Shown here one piece after another: positions 50,869-63,633 of a stretch of 64,000 bases of DNA (position 1 is the first letter of the stretch; each line of letters starts with the position of its first letter). The stretch lies in NCBI RefSeq assembly GCF_018350175.1, contig NC_058373.1, forward strand, positions 116,810,001 to 116,874,000, read 5' to 3'. The DNA comes from Felis catus. Its lineage: Eukaryota. The notes beneath the pieces are model-generated. The model ran no database searches, was not told the DNA's origin, and saw only the letters and a program-made list of their open reading frames with translations. A program made the position numbers and the translations under genes.

Positions 50869-51509
50869 AAAGTATACAATTTAGTGGTTTTTTACTATAT
50901 TCACAAAGCTGTGCAACCACCACCACAGTCTAACTGCGCAACGCTTTCATCCACCCCAAAAAGAAATCCTGTGTCCTCAGGCAGTTACCCAGGCTCTTCC
51001 CATGCCCTCCATGCTGTCGACAGCCACTCATCCACTTTCTGTCTCTGATGATGTGCCTGTTCTGGGCATCTCATGAATGGAAACATACGCTATTTGGCCT
51101 TTTGTGTCTGGTTTGTTTCATTCAGCATAACGTTTTTGAGGTTCACCTATGTTCTGGTATGTGTTCGTACTTCATTTCTTTCTATGATAATATCCCATTG
51201 TATGCATATACATTTTTTACCCACCAGGTGATGGACATGTGGGTTGCTTCTATATTTTGGCTATTATGAATAATGCTCTGTAAATACTCATTTAGAAGGT
51301 TTTTTGTGATGTGTTTTCATCTCTCGAGTAGATACTAAGAATGGAGCTGTGATTGTTTTCCCACAGCAGCTGCCCCATTTTACATTCCCACCAACCGTGC
51401 CAACCCTCACTGCTGTCTGCCTTTTTGGTTAGAACATCCTAGTATCTGAAGTGTTATCTCATTGTGGTGTTGATTTGCATTTCTCCAGGAACTAATGATG
51501 TTGAGCATC

Positions 51510-51725
51510 TTTTTTTTTTTTAATTTATTTAATGTTCGTTTATTTTTGAGAGAGACAGAGTGTGAGCGGGGGAGGGACAGAGAGAGAAGGAGACACAGAA
51601 TCTGAAGCAGACTCCGGGCTCTGAGCTTTCAGTACAGAGCCTGACGCGGGACTAGAACTCACAAACCGTGAGATCATGATCTGAGCCGAGGTCGGACGCT
51701 TAACCAACTCAGCCACCCAGGCACC
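51510..51725 (-). mobile_element. Can-SINE (SINEC_Fc-like) nested in L1
   Basis: Reverse-complement body; flanks ttgagcatcttttt / ttgagtatcttttt. Confidence 0.94.
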
Positions 51726-52561
51726 ATGTTATTGAGTATCTTTTTCTGTGTTTGTTGGCCATTTGATATCTTCTTTGGAGAAATGTCTATTCAAATCCTT
51801 TGCCCGTCTTTTAATTGGGTTTCTTGAAGCACAAAAGTTTTTAGTTTTCGTGAGATCCAATTAATTTTTTAAAAATCTTTCGTGGTTTTGGTGTCATTCA
51901 TATCCAAGAAACCATCGCATAAACAGGTCTTGAAGATGTATACTTATGTTTTCTTCTAAGAGTCTTACAGTTTTAGCTCATACACTTAAGCCTTTGATCT
52001 TTTGAGTTTATTTTTCTGTGCAATAAGGACCCATCTTTATACTTTGTTTTTTGCATGCAGATATCCAGTTGTCCAAGCACCATCATTTCCTTTCCCTACC
52101 ACGCACCCTGCTCACCCCTTGAATTGACGTAGCATAAATCGTATCTCCAAGCACTCCTTAGAAAGCTGGCTCCTACACAGACGCCAGTAGGGGGAAGGAA
52201 AAGGAGATCTCTTTACAAATGAGCCTCATATTTTGCCTTACATTTACTCTGATTGGTAGGACTTTTGGAATCCAGCATAACTTCTGATTAAAGTGATCTC
52301 CATGTTATTGATAGTACTTAGCCTAAGCGAATTGAAAAATGGGTTCTAAATCTAAACGTGGCCTGTTTCCGGCACTCTTTGCCATGAACACTCTGAATAG
52401 GTTCTTCCAGGCCCCTCCTGTATTTGGCTTGTTATCACTGGAATTTTTGTGCCGTGAGAACCCCATAACCAGAAACATGCCACAGGGCCATTCTCCCGTT
52501 GTTTCTTCCCAGTGTTCAAGAAGCAGAGCCTATGCCTAAGGCAGTCTTACTTCCCTTGCAG

Positions 52562-53004
52562 TCTGACAGCCACTACTCAAGCCACTCCAGCAGCAATACC
52601 CTCTCCAGCAACGCGTCAAGTGCCCACAGCGACGAGAAGTGGTACGATGGGGACCGCACGGAGTCTGAGCTCAACAGCTACAACTACCTGCAAGGCACCT
52701 CCGCCGACAGTGGCATCGACACCACCTCCTATGGTCCCAGCCACGGCAGCACGGCCTCCCTGGGGGCTGCCACGTCGTCCCCTCGCTCAGGGCCCAGCAA
52801 AGAGAAAGTGGCGCCCCTGTGGCATAGTTCCAGTGAAGTGATCTCCATGGCAGATCGGACTTTAGAGACAGACGGCCTCGGCATGGACCGGAAAACAGAG
52901 TCCTCCCTGAGCCTGGACATCCACGGCAAGAGCCCAGCGGGCTCAAACCCTCTGACAAGGGAGAACAGCACTTTCAGTATAAATGACGCTGCTTCCCACA
53001 CAAG
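52562..53004 (+). CDS. SIPA1L1: SIPA1L1 exon J (443 nt), Ser-rich regulatory region: [17 protein letters not shown]...DSGIDT...NDAASHT
   Basis: ttcccttgcag| acceptor, ag|gtaact donor; phase 0 in, phase 2 out. Confidence 0.96.
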
Positions 53005-54439
53005 GTAACTGCCCTCCCCTACCGCCTCTGGCCTTCCCAGCCCACTCCCGAATCGAGTTTCCAGCCTCATCTCACTTTGCTTCACTCAGTAGAGTATAAA
53101 GGAGGGGTTTTCTGTGCAGTGACCGCTATTTTTACATATGCCTTTTATTTGCCACCAAAATATTTTATTCCTACAACCCTAATGCATCATTCTTAACTGA
53201 GAAAAGTATACGGATTTACTCTTTGTAAAGTTGTATTTGACCTCATAAAAATTATCCTGTGTACCAGAATTAGAGAAGAATTTTATAATTCAGGCTTTCA
53301 GGTAGTGATAGAGAACGTCTATCAGTCAAACAGTCTTTTGAACACTGGAAGAAAATCTTGAGCATATTTTTAGAAGAAAGGGGTCTTTTCTAAGATGAAC
53401 CTGGTGTTATTGATGATGCCCAGCCCATCCTTCACACTGCCTGTCAGAGAACATCACTTAGCCAGTGTTTGCAGGGGAATCCTTTTCCAGGAATTGCCTC
53501 CTGCCAGTGATATGTTGAGGGTTGGGGGAGGGGAGTCCAGTAGAAAAGTGTAGCTAAAATTAGACATCCCGTGTATTTGGAGCAGGAAAGCACACATTCT
53601 CCTGTATCCTTAGATACAAAAATAAATAGGCAAAATAAATACCATTTTTCATTTCCTCTTTTGGATTTGAGCCCCAAATCCAAAATATGACAAGATTCTC
53701 CCTTTGAAGGAGGAAATATTCCAACACTGTCTTTTTGGGCCTGTTGATCTCTGTGGTGGTTTCTCCTTTTACGTCTCATCCTTGGCTGTCATTGATCAGT
53801 TTGCACGACAGCACCTGACCTTGCTGCCTTCTGGGCCTCCTTTTATTATTATGCCCTGAAGAAAAACAGCGAAGAAGCTAGATTTAGTTTTACTGTTCAA
53901 ATGGGAATCTAGGCACATAATCTGCCAGTAAACCCCAGATAATCTTAATGACAGAGGATGTCCTGGATTTAATTTGGATTTGTTTAAGTCGACCAGTTAA
54001 ATTTCAGTTCTCTCATTGTGTCTATATTGTTAGTGATAAGATTCCTGACCTTTGCATCTGAAAATGTCCGTTTGGCCCTATGGTGTGAAGCATTGCACAG
54101 GTTTTTGTTCTGTTTACCACATGGCAGGCCTGGAAACTACTTGACCCCAAACAGAAAGGGAGTTGGGAAGCAGTCTTGATGCATTAAGTATTTGGGAAAG
54201 TAGAACAGAAAGCTGGACGTCAAATACCATAATAATGTAATGTGGACCTAGAATCACATGACCAATAATTACAACAGTCACTCACTGTTTCGGGCATGCC
54301 TCACCATCTCATCGGCTGCTCCTGTGCACACACTCCGACTGTTTTTCAGTTCCAGATAGTTTCTGTGTCATTTCTAGGTTTAGCTTGACTTCTGCCTTTT
54401 TGGTGTTCTGTTCTTTATTTCGAAGAGAGGATATCTTTT

Positions 54440-54690
54440 CTTTTTAACAATGTTTTAAAGTTTATTTATTTTGAGAGAGAAAGTGGGGGAGAGGGACAGA
54501 GGGAGAGGGAGAGGGAGAGGGAGGGAGGAAGGGAGGGAGAGAGAGAGAGAGAGAGAGAATCCCAAGCAGGCTGCTCGCTGTCAGCACCCACCCAGCCTGA
54601 CATGAGACTCAAACCCATGAACCGTGAGACCATGACCTGAGCTGAAACCAAAAGTCAGACACTTAACTGACTGAGCCACCCAGGTACCCC
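54440..54690 (-). mobile_element. Can-SINE
   Basis: Reverse-complement body; gaggatatctttt at 54427-54439 and 54696-54708. Confidence 0.93.
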
Positions 54691-55994
54691 AAAAGGAGGA
54701 TATCTTTTTACGAATGATAATTCCATTTGGGGATATGGCTCTCTGGTCTAATTTGTTGGCAGAAGAAAGATTATAGAGGTCTTGCCTAGAATAGCATCAC
54801 CATGTAGTAAGGTTGAAAAGCGCTGGGCAAGACGTCAGCTGTGCCCTCTGACAAATCCCAGGGGCTCTACAGACAGACACACACACACACACTCTCTCTG
54901 TCTTTCTCTCTCTGTCTCTGTCTCTCTCTCCCCTCCCCCTTCCCCCAAAAAAGTAGGCACCTGGGCTTGCATTATCTGATTGTGCTGACTGGGGCTGCCC
55001 GAAGGCCCCAAAGCATTATCTGTTTTCTGCTTCAAACTGACCATGCAGAAATCATTTAAATCATCATTTGGAAATAACTTTTCTGTTGAAAGTCAAACTT
55101 ACTAGAGAAGAGAAGAGAAGAATGTGGCCTTTCAGGGAGGGCACAGGGCTTCCCACCCGCTGATCGGTTGAGTCACATTCATTTCTAGACTCTGGTAAGC
55201 GGGATGCTTTGTGACTTGTCTGTTGGTCTTGGCAGAGCAGGCTGGGTAATCAGAGCTTTAGCAGACTTCCTTCTCTGGAGGAAAGGGGGACTTAGCCACC
55301 AAATGCACAAAGCTAAAGAAACCAAAATCACTGCAAATTAGAGTGTTTGTGTCCTCAGAAGACAGGAATAGCAATTAATGTGGAGATCTCTTGACAGTGC
55401 ATAAAAGAGCTTGTACCTGGGACTTGGTGACAAAATCTAAATTACAGTGATTAAGTTCCTCTGCGTATTTCTGGCTGGGCTGTGTTCCTCCCCCCTCTGT
55501 CCTCCAGTCTCCCTGTTGATGATTGTGCAGGGTTTTTGTGGCACCCCATGAGAACTGCATTAATGTAAGTTGGTAATTACACCGGGTTGTTATATTTGCA
55601 TGTCATTAAGAGAAATCATATACACTGATAACTTTCTACATTCGGAAAGTCTATTAATTGCTCTGAAGTGCTGCTTCCTAGAGTATCTATGTACTTTCTA
55701 TGAAGTTTGGAAATTTAGAGAGAGGGCCCCCCCCCCCTCCCCCGCAATCCCCGCAATGGCTATTTGACTTTCAGCTCTTAAACCACTCAAAAAATGGTTT
55801 GTGGTAAGCACAGGAGAGGTGAAGATAGTTTCAGTTTTAAAACACTCTCACCAGCTGAGTTCGTTTTTTTCTTAGAGTTCTGGCCTGGGCAGTAGGCAGT
55901 GCTGGTTTCTCTGATGACCAAAGACCTCTTTAGTTAGCGCTGTGTAACTGGTGGTAATGCTGATGTGAGAACTAGATTTAAGAGCACACATTAT

Positions 55995-56222
55995 GGGGGC
56001 GCCTGGGTGGCTCAGTCAGTTAAGTGTCCAACTCTTGATCTCAGCTCCAGTCATGATATCATGGCTCACGAGGTGGAGCCCTCCTTGGGGCTCTGCAGTG
56101 ACAGCACAGAGCCTGCTTGGGACTCTCTCTCTACGCTCTGCCTGCCCCTCCCCAGCTCGTGTGTGCTGTGCTCACTTTCTCTGTCTCTGTCTCTCTCTCA
56201 ATAAATAAACTTAAGAAAAAGA
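55995..56222 (+). mobile_element. Can-SINE with perfect 15-bp TSD
   Basis: aagagcacacattat at 55980-55994 and 56223-56237. Confidence 0.95.
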
Positions 56223-58277
56223 AAGAGCACACATTATAAAGCTGAAAACCTCATAGTTGCAAATCCACATTTCTTTCCTGACGTCCTGTCCTGACCTGAT
56301 CGAGTATCCAGGCTCTGTGGCCACCCTCATTCGCCAGCCGTTCTGCCGCTTCCTCTTGATTGCTTAGGCCCCCTCAGAGCTCTGCAGCCGATCAGTACAC
56401 TGATGTGATGACTTCCTTTTTCCTGCCATCCGGTCCTGGAGGATTTCTCACCCAATATGTTCTTCCCAAACACCTTCGCATATTGTGTGCCACCAGGAGC
56501 GTAACAGGAAGGTGCTCGGTACATCTTGGTGATCAAATATGAATAACTTGTTCCTTAAAGATCTCACTTTTTGCCTGAACACTCAAGGCCCCCACTAATA
56601 ACCCGATTCAAAAATAACATAAATCCTCAATTCCCGACAAATACTGTATGTCAAAGCTCATTGTATAGAAGTGTCACTATTTGCACAGAGCTGTGTGCTC
56701 CTATGTACAGATATGTGTATAAGTACCAGTACAGCAGGAACTTGTAGCGAAGTCACTTCTCTGAAAGATTTTCATCTGCAAAACATAACCAAGGAGGACT
56801 TTTTAATAGCTTGTATGCAAATAATCGATGTCTAAGTTGGTCAGTGTGTGACGTTCACTAGAAGGGCCAGTTAAAGTCCAGGACAAAGGCCTGCCCACGG
56901 TCATCAGTACAGTTCAGTTTCATGAATGTATTTTTTCTGGTTGACTTAACAAGTTGACTGTTCATACCAGAAATGCTGTACATTTCCCGAGAGTAGAGGT
57001 AAAGAAGGGCTTCTTACGTTAACTTTACGTCACCCGTCAACGCATGCCTCAGGCTAGCGTAGCACGTTGGACTGTCGATGATCGTGTACCGCTGCATGTG
57101 TGTTAGAGCCACTGTGTCTCACCTTGGTCCTCTGCGTCCTGTGTTTGTGGAAAATACGCCTTCTTTGTTCAGAAATTATTCTGCCATCTTTATCTGTAAC
57201 AGTTCTCTCTTAAGTATCTTCTGCCTGGAATTTTTTGTAATTGCCAACAATTCAGTGCCTCTCATCTACACTTTTTTCTTAAGGTGAGGATGTTCTTTTT
57301 CTAAGATTCACGAGCTAGTTCTTCAGAATGTGAAAGTGCAGCCTCTCAGATGACAAACCCAGAGCTTCTCTTCAGCATGTGGTTGGCTCTGCTTGCCTGA
57401 GGTTTGTGGATCATTTTCATCGATAATTTTCCGCTCTGTGGTCCGACACAGAGTGGACATTCAGGAGTACATCGCATTTCGCTTTTATAGCAGAACTCCA
57501 GGTGATCTGTGCTAAGCTACTGTGCCCCATTTCTTCAGGTTTACCGAGTGGGGGATTATTTTATCCAGAGTGCCGTGGTGTTCAGCTAATCTCAAAGACT
57601 GAGAAACAGAGCCACTGTGGCTGAAATGTCAAGTGTACATTGGGAAAATGAGACTTCTGTCAAGTGCAGATGGCAGATTGCTTGGGGCGGCACTCACTGA
57701 CACAAAGTTTATCATTACTTTGTTCTACGATGCAACTAATTCATTCATCCCATCGATAGGGAAAGCCCAGATTCTGCAAATGCCATTAAATCATAAGACC
57801 GAAAAGAATTCTGAAAGAGCAGAGGCCATTCCTTGTCCTTTTCAAACCATCCTACCAGGATGAGAACTTGTCCAACCGCTTCCAAAGGGGGACAGGAGTA
57901 AGGTAAGCCCAAGAAGACAGAGCCCATGACCTTTCTGAGCAAGTTCAGTGTTTATCACATCCTGTCCCTCTTCAAAACTTTATCCTGTGTCTGTGTATCT
58001 GAAATTCCTCTTGCTGTAACTTAAATACACAATTAAGAGAGGATGAATAGTTTCTCTGAGCTGAGTCTTTTCTAAACATTAGGAAGTTGTTTTGTAATTA
58101 AAGCCACCTCAGAGATTTTCAGGGGAAGTGTGTGGGTGCGTTTCCCTCCAGGTGGTTTGAGGCCCACAGGGTTGGTCAGCTTCAAGGAGCCCCACCAACA
58201 GCAGGGCCTGGGGACGGGGCTGCAGAGGAATGAGGAGACCACCTATTTGAGAGCAAGAGGAGGTGAGACGCTAACAC

Positions 58278-58695
58278 GGTAGTTCTTAAACTCTAGGGAC
58301 ATGGGAATCCTTTGGGGGGAGTTTGTTAAAATACAGATTTCTGGAGCTCCCGAAGATCTGACAGAAGCCAAGGAATCTTCATTTATATCAATACCTGCAG
58401 ATGGCCATAGTCCACAGCTGGAGAAACCCTGCTCCAATGGCTTCACCTTCTTGATCTTGACAATATGAAGTTGGATTTCGATGAAGTCATAACAATAGGA
58501 ATAATTCAGCTGATTCAAGCAGTGGTTCTCCAGCAGTGTGCACACTTAGGGGAGAGTCTGCAAAAATACATTCGCCTAGGCACCTCCTCAGCTCTATCAA
58601 ATTAGAATCTCTGGGAATAGGGCCCAAGAATGTGTGTTTGGAAAGCCCCCAGGTGATCCTCGTGTGCCTACTTGAAGTTAGAGGCCAAGTGTACC
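58278..58695. mobile_element. Two adjacent MER5-like MITEs
   Basis: ggtagttcttaaact..tttgttaaaatacagatt..ggagaaaccctg and cagtggttctc..ttagaatctctggg..ggcccaagaat..cccccaggtgat. Confidence 0.65.
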
Positions 58696-60829
58696 AAAGT
58701 GCTCACCTTGCTTCATGCTGTGAGTTGTATACTTTAAAGAAGGAAGAACTACCAATGAATTATTTTTTTTTGCTTTTACCTTTGTTCCCAAATCTAATCA
58801 ATTGTTAATAGGGCTGTCTTGATTATAACCATCCATGAATAAAAGTGTGCTGCTATTTCACACCTGGGATCTAGTGCCAGCCATCATGTTCACAGATAAA
58901 ACCAATATCTAGGTCCGTGGTCTTAAGCAATTATCTTTTTAAGAATACACTTGTAAACAGAAGCATACTCTGTAGATTTAATTATTTCTTGCAATAAAAA
59001 TAAAGCAACGTCCAATTTTAAATACAATATGAATAAAATACAGCCTTCATACATAATTCTTACATTAAAATGAATGGCTAGTTTATTTGACAGTTTCTTT
59101 CATCAAATATTGAATGTCTACAATGGCCAGGGACCATTAGGCATGGAGAATATAGCAGTGAAACAAAAATTTCAGCCCTTATGGGGCGTAGATTTAAGTG
59201 GGGGAGACAGACTGTGTCAGTAAGGTAAAGAAGTTAAGACAGATGGTGCACCCCGTACGTGCTAAATACCGTATGGAGGTATTTTACTGGGTGTCTAGTG
59301 TATTCTGGCATTGTTAGACACACAAAGAAAACTCCCTGCCTTCACAGAGTTTATAATCTAGTTAAAAAAACTTACTGAATGCCTCCCAGGGAAACGGAAC
59401 TAATGAAATTCACACAGGAAGCAAAGAGCTCCAAAGAACTGGTATATGCTGTATATATTGCTCTCTCTTGGATGTTCCCAAGCCTTTTCCATAACTTCCT
59501 TTTCATGCAGTCTGGACCGTATGGTGGAAACGGGCATAGCTAGTTTGTAAAACACGGAGGAATGATTTGTAAATTAATGGACTATACAATTTACTCTTCA
59601 TTCTCATGGCTAATTATTTCTGTTCTGACCACACATTTGGTCTCTTTGAAAGCCCCAGGGTTTTGCATTCCCATACTATCACATCAAGATACTTGCTGCT
59701 GAGAAAGGGAAAATATGGGCGATCCAAATGCACCGATGGTACCGTAGTTCTCAAGTTAGGAGTTAAAGGGCCACAGCATCAGCTGGGAATGAGTCGCAAG
59801 TACATATTCCGATGTGCTCCCTCCCCACCCCCAACTCAGAATCTCTGGGGTGGGGCCCTGCAGTATGCATTTTAACATGCCTAGAATGCGAGCACCAGAT
59901 CTAGTATTTAAAAAACACTTGCACTCGCTGGTAGATGCTGATCAAGGCAAAGCAAGCACATGATTATTCACGATGAGAGGTGTGCACGTTAGACTTTGAC
60001 TTATTTTTCACTCTGCGGGCATCTGCTTCAGATCATAACCACGGATGAGGCTTGAGACACCCTCACATCTGTGTTACAAGTGCATAGGACTTGGATATAC
60101 TCAGGTGGGGAAAGTCTGCAAACCAGAGATAAGCTGTTGTCCCTAAGTGAGCAATACATAACCACAAGCCTGTCATCTTGGGGCAAATGACCCCAAACGC
60201 TGCACTTTTACTATTTCAGAAACTCCTGCTGACACTGCCTCTGCTCCCGGGTGTTGCTGTTAACCTGAGTCTCTTGTGCTACCGTGTCTGAGCTCATTTG
60301 CCTCTGTCTTTATGTCCTTCCCACTTCACCTACCCACTTTTAGTCTGTTTTCCATAACAGAGACACCTACTGTTATTTTGTTCTCATTGATTTAGACATG
60401 GCACTCATAGAGGAATTTTGTATTCAAGGTAAAAACTGGGTGAGATTGCATTGTTTTGAAATTTATGTTGCCCTTTGAGGTCTTGTAAGGGTTTTTTTTT
60501 GTCTGTTTGTTCATTTGTTTCCTTTCTTTCTTTCCCTTCCTCTCTAGCTACAAAAATCTCAGGGAAAAAGAAAACTTGTTAGAGTAATCAGAATATGGCT
60601 GGCCATTTCCTTCTGAAGTTTGAGCCTGATACCTCCTCCTCAGTTACAAAAATAAAAGAGACGGTTAAGTCTGATCTGAAGTGTTAACAAGGCCCAGTTA
60701 GTGTGGGAAACCTGCTGGGTCAGCTCTGTCCCCACTCCCACCCCCTCTTTGCCCTGCTTGTGGCCAAGCTTCATGGAATGTAGGGCTTGTACTTTCAGGT
60801 CATTGACTTATGTAGTTTTGTGGGTGTGT

Positions 60830-63070
60830 TCTCGTGGAAGTAGAACATTTATCCCAAAGGAGGCACAGGTCATATGTGTTCATCCGCTTGCATTTTCACA
60901 GAGTGAACATGCCCATGGGATCACCACCCAAATCAAGAACTGGAACTTAGCCAACATCCAAACTCCCCCCTCCCCCCACTCTTCTCACTTGCTTTCCCTG
61001 GTCATTCCCATCTCTTCCCGAAGGTAAACACAGTCTTGAATCCTAAAATCACACACGCATTTTGCCTATTCTGGGGTTTATATAAATGGAATCCTACCAT
61101 ATGTTTTATTCTGTGTCTTTAAGTCAACATTATGTTGGTGAGATTCACCCATGTGTTGCAGGTAGCATTGCTGTGTTGTATTTACGTCGTGAGAACCTAC
61201 CACAACTCATGTAGCCATCCCACTATTGCACATTTGGAGTGTTTCCAATTTATGGATGTTACAGATTCGTGTACGTGTCCTTTGGTACACATAACGTGTG
61301 CATTTCTTGTGAGTATATACCTAGGAGTGGGGTTGCTGTGTTATATGATACACGTGCAACTCTCGCAGAGACCGAACCAGTTTGTCACAACGACCAGATT
61401 GTGGCAAGTAACACTCGCATCGTGTGCTTGTTGCAGTCACTTCACATCCTTTTTAGCACTTGATGTCAGAAGTCTTTTAATTTTAGCCATTCTGGTGGGG
61501 GTGTACTGGTTCCCCTTTTGACTTCCATTTGCATTTTCCTCTTAACTGATGATGTCGAGCACCAACATGTATTGGTCTTTTAGATATCCTCTTTTGTGAA
61601 ATTCCTTTTTCAGATCTTTGCCCATTTTGTCTGTATGGTGGTCTCTCCTATTGATTTTTAGGAGTTCTGTATTCTGGATAGGAGCCCATTGTTGGATCTG
61701 TATTTTATACATCTTCTTTTTCTGTGTCTTTTGATGAATAGACGTTCTTACTTTCAATGGAGTTCAGTCTTTTCCTTTATGATCCTTTAAAGAGACTTCT
61801 GCCTCTATCATAAAGATGTTCTTCGTGGTATAGTCCGGAATCATTGGATCTGTGTTTCAATACACAAGCCAGCTGGAATTGATGTTTAGGTAAGGTTGCA
61901 GGTGGGGGTTCAAGATCGCTTTCATCTGCATGTAGTATCTCCTGTCTCAGCACCGCTAAGATTTGGGGCTTTTGGTTTTGTTCATTTGCTTAGTTTTTAA
62001 GTAAGAAACGTTTTTATTTTAGAATAGTTTTTGACTTGCAGAAAAGTTACAAAGCCATACAGAGAGTTCCCACGTCCCCTCACCAGTTTCCCCCATTGTT
62101 GTCCTCTGACGTTCCTGTTCCTGTGATACATTTGTTGTAGCTAAGGAGTCAGTATTGGTGCATCGTTATGAAAAGTCCATACTTCATTCAGTTCAGGACC
62201 ATTGGGTTTTGACCAACAAAGTGCTGTTGGCAAATGCTTTGAGACCCCATCCTGGTCACTAAACCTTCAGTGACAACTTTCATTGTAGTAAGAGCCAGTG
62301 CACAAGGGCTCCCTTTGCTCCACATCCTTTTCAACACCTGTTATTTCTTGCCTTTTTGGTAATAGTCATTCTGACAGGTGTGAGGTGATATTTCATTGTG
62401 GTTTAGATTTGCATTTCCTAGATAATTAGTGAGGTCGAGCGGCTTTTCACATACTTGTTAGCCATCCATATATCTTCTTTGGAAAAATGTTTATTCAGAT
62501 TCTATGCCCATTTTTTAAAAAATGTTTATTTTTGAGAGAGAGAGCACGAGCAGGGGAGGAGCAGAGAGAGGGAGAGACACAGAATCTGAAGCAGCCTCGA
62601 GGCTCTGAGCTGTCAGCACAGAGCCCAACGTGGGGCTCGAACTCACGGAGTGTGAGGTCATGACCTGAGCCGAAGCCAGACGCTCAACCAACTGAGCCAC
62701 CCAGGCACCCCTCTATGCCCATTTTTAATCACATTTTTTTTTCTATTGAGTTACAGGAGTTCTTTATGTATTCTGGATATTGTGTCCTTACCAGAAATAT
62801 GACTTGCATTCATTTTATTGATGGTTTCCTTTGCTGTGTATAGCTTTTTAATTCGAATACTTCCACTTGTTTATTTTTGCTTTTATTGCCTTTGCTTTTG
62901 GTGTCAAATCCATAAACATCATTGCCAAGGCCGATGTCAAGGAGCTTATCCCGTGTGGTTTCCTCTAGGAGTTTTATGGTTTCAGATCTTAACGTTCAAG
63001 TCTTTAATCCACTTTGAGTTGATTTTTGCATATGGTGTAGGATAGTGATCCGTTTCCATTCCATTGAACA
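60830..63070 (-). mobile_element. Cluster of degraded L1 fragments
   Basis: tatataaatggaatc, agattcacccatgtgttg, cattctgacaggtgtgaggtgatatttcattgtggtt, ttggaaaaatgtttattcagat, gtctttaatccactttgagttgatttttg. Confidence 0.8.
62516..62711 (-). mobile_element. Can-SINE (SINEC_Fc-like) nested in L1, 15-bp TSD
   Basis: tctatgcccattttt at 62501-62515 and 62712-62726. Confidence 0.95.
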
Positions 63071-63633
63071 GCTTTCTAGAGAATCAGTCTTAATGCCAGA
63101 TGCCATGGGGAAGGAAACCTCAGTGTGCCCCTTTGGCCGTGGATGTGGATGTGTGGAGAACTGTATGCCTGATCCAGTGTCGTGTCCCTTCCTCAGCCTG
63201 GACCTGGGGAGCATCACCAGGAGCCCTGGTTCTGAGGAAGGCAAGGCAGACAGCCACCGAGACTGCTACACCTGTTAACTGCCAGTTCGCCTGTTACTTG
63301 CCTCTTCCAGGCTTCACCGTAGCAAACCTCAGTGTGTTAGCATGTTTCAGAGCATCCCTGACAGTCTTAACTATTTAAGCTTTTTAACCTCAAAGTGCAG
63401 ACTCAGCCCCGGTGACCGTGTTTCATTTTCACAGCAGACATTTAAATTATAGCGAGAAAACAAGACTGTTTTGGCTAGCCAGCCCATCCCCATTACTGTT
63501 TTATGAAATACTCATTGTTCTTTAACCTGGCCATCACTCCTGTCCTGAACGACACTTCGACGGCCGCTGTGCTGACCCCGGGATGCACGCATGCCCACCG
63601 GGGTCATTTTGTCTCTGTCCTGCTTCTCCTCAG

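Larger units (their letters stand above)
50510..52087 (-). mobile_element. Old L1 3' region interrupted by two Can-SINEs
   Basis: L1 3'/ORF2-end text: ctgtgcaaccaccaccac, ttacattcccaccaac, ttggagaaatgtctattcaaatcctttgccc, gatatccagttgtccaagcacca. Confidence 0.85.

Noticed and set aside
52499..52561. Open frame and several AGs upstream of exon J
   Set aside because: The AGs I checked (ending 52512, 52526, 52544) add 49, 35 or 17 nt and shift the frame; 52561 has a clean pyrimidine tract and fits the protein.
24224..55743. Scattered poly-G/poly-C runs (around 24224, 25925, 35091, 55726)
   Set aside because: Simple homopolymers with no shared flanks; prone to slippage and sequencing error.
1258..62700. 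Many 60-110 aa ORFs resembling each other (WVAQSV..., LSLSLSK, RERERE)
   Set aside because: They are translations of Can-SINE bodies and their (CT)n tracts, not a gene family.
1358..62711. Recurring ~200-bp unit that could be mistaken for an array or tRNA genes
   Set aside because: Dispersed in both orientations with poly-A tails and TSDs, so these are retroposed SINEs. There is no CRISPR-type periodicity and no intact tRNA cloverleaf was seen.
60830..63070. Possible active L1 or reverse transcriptase gene
   Set aside because: Short, fragmented and SINE-interrupted, with no long ORF.
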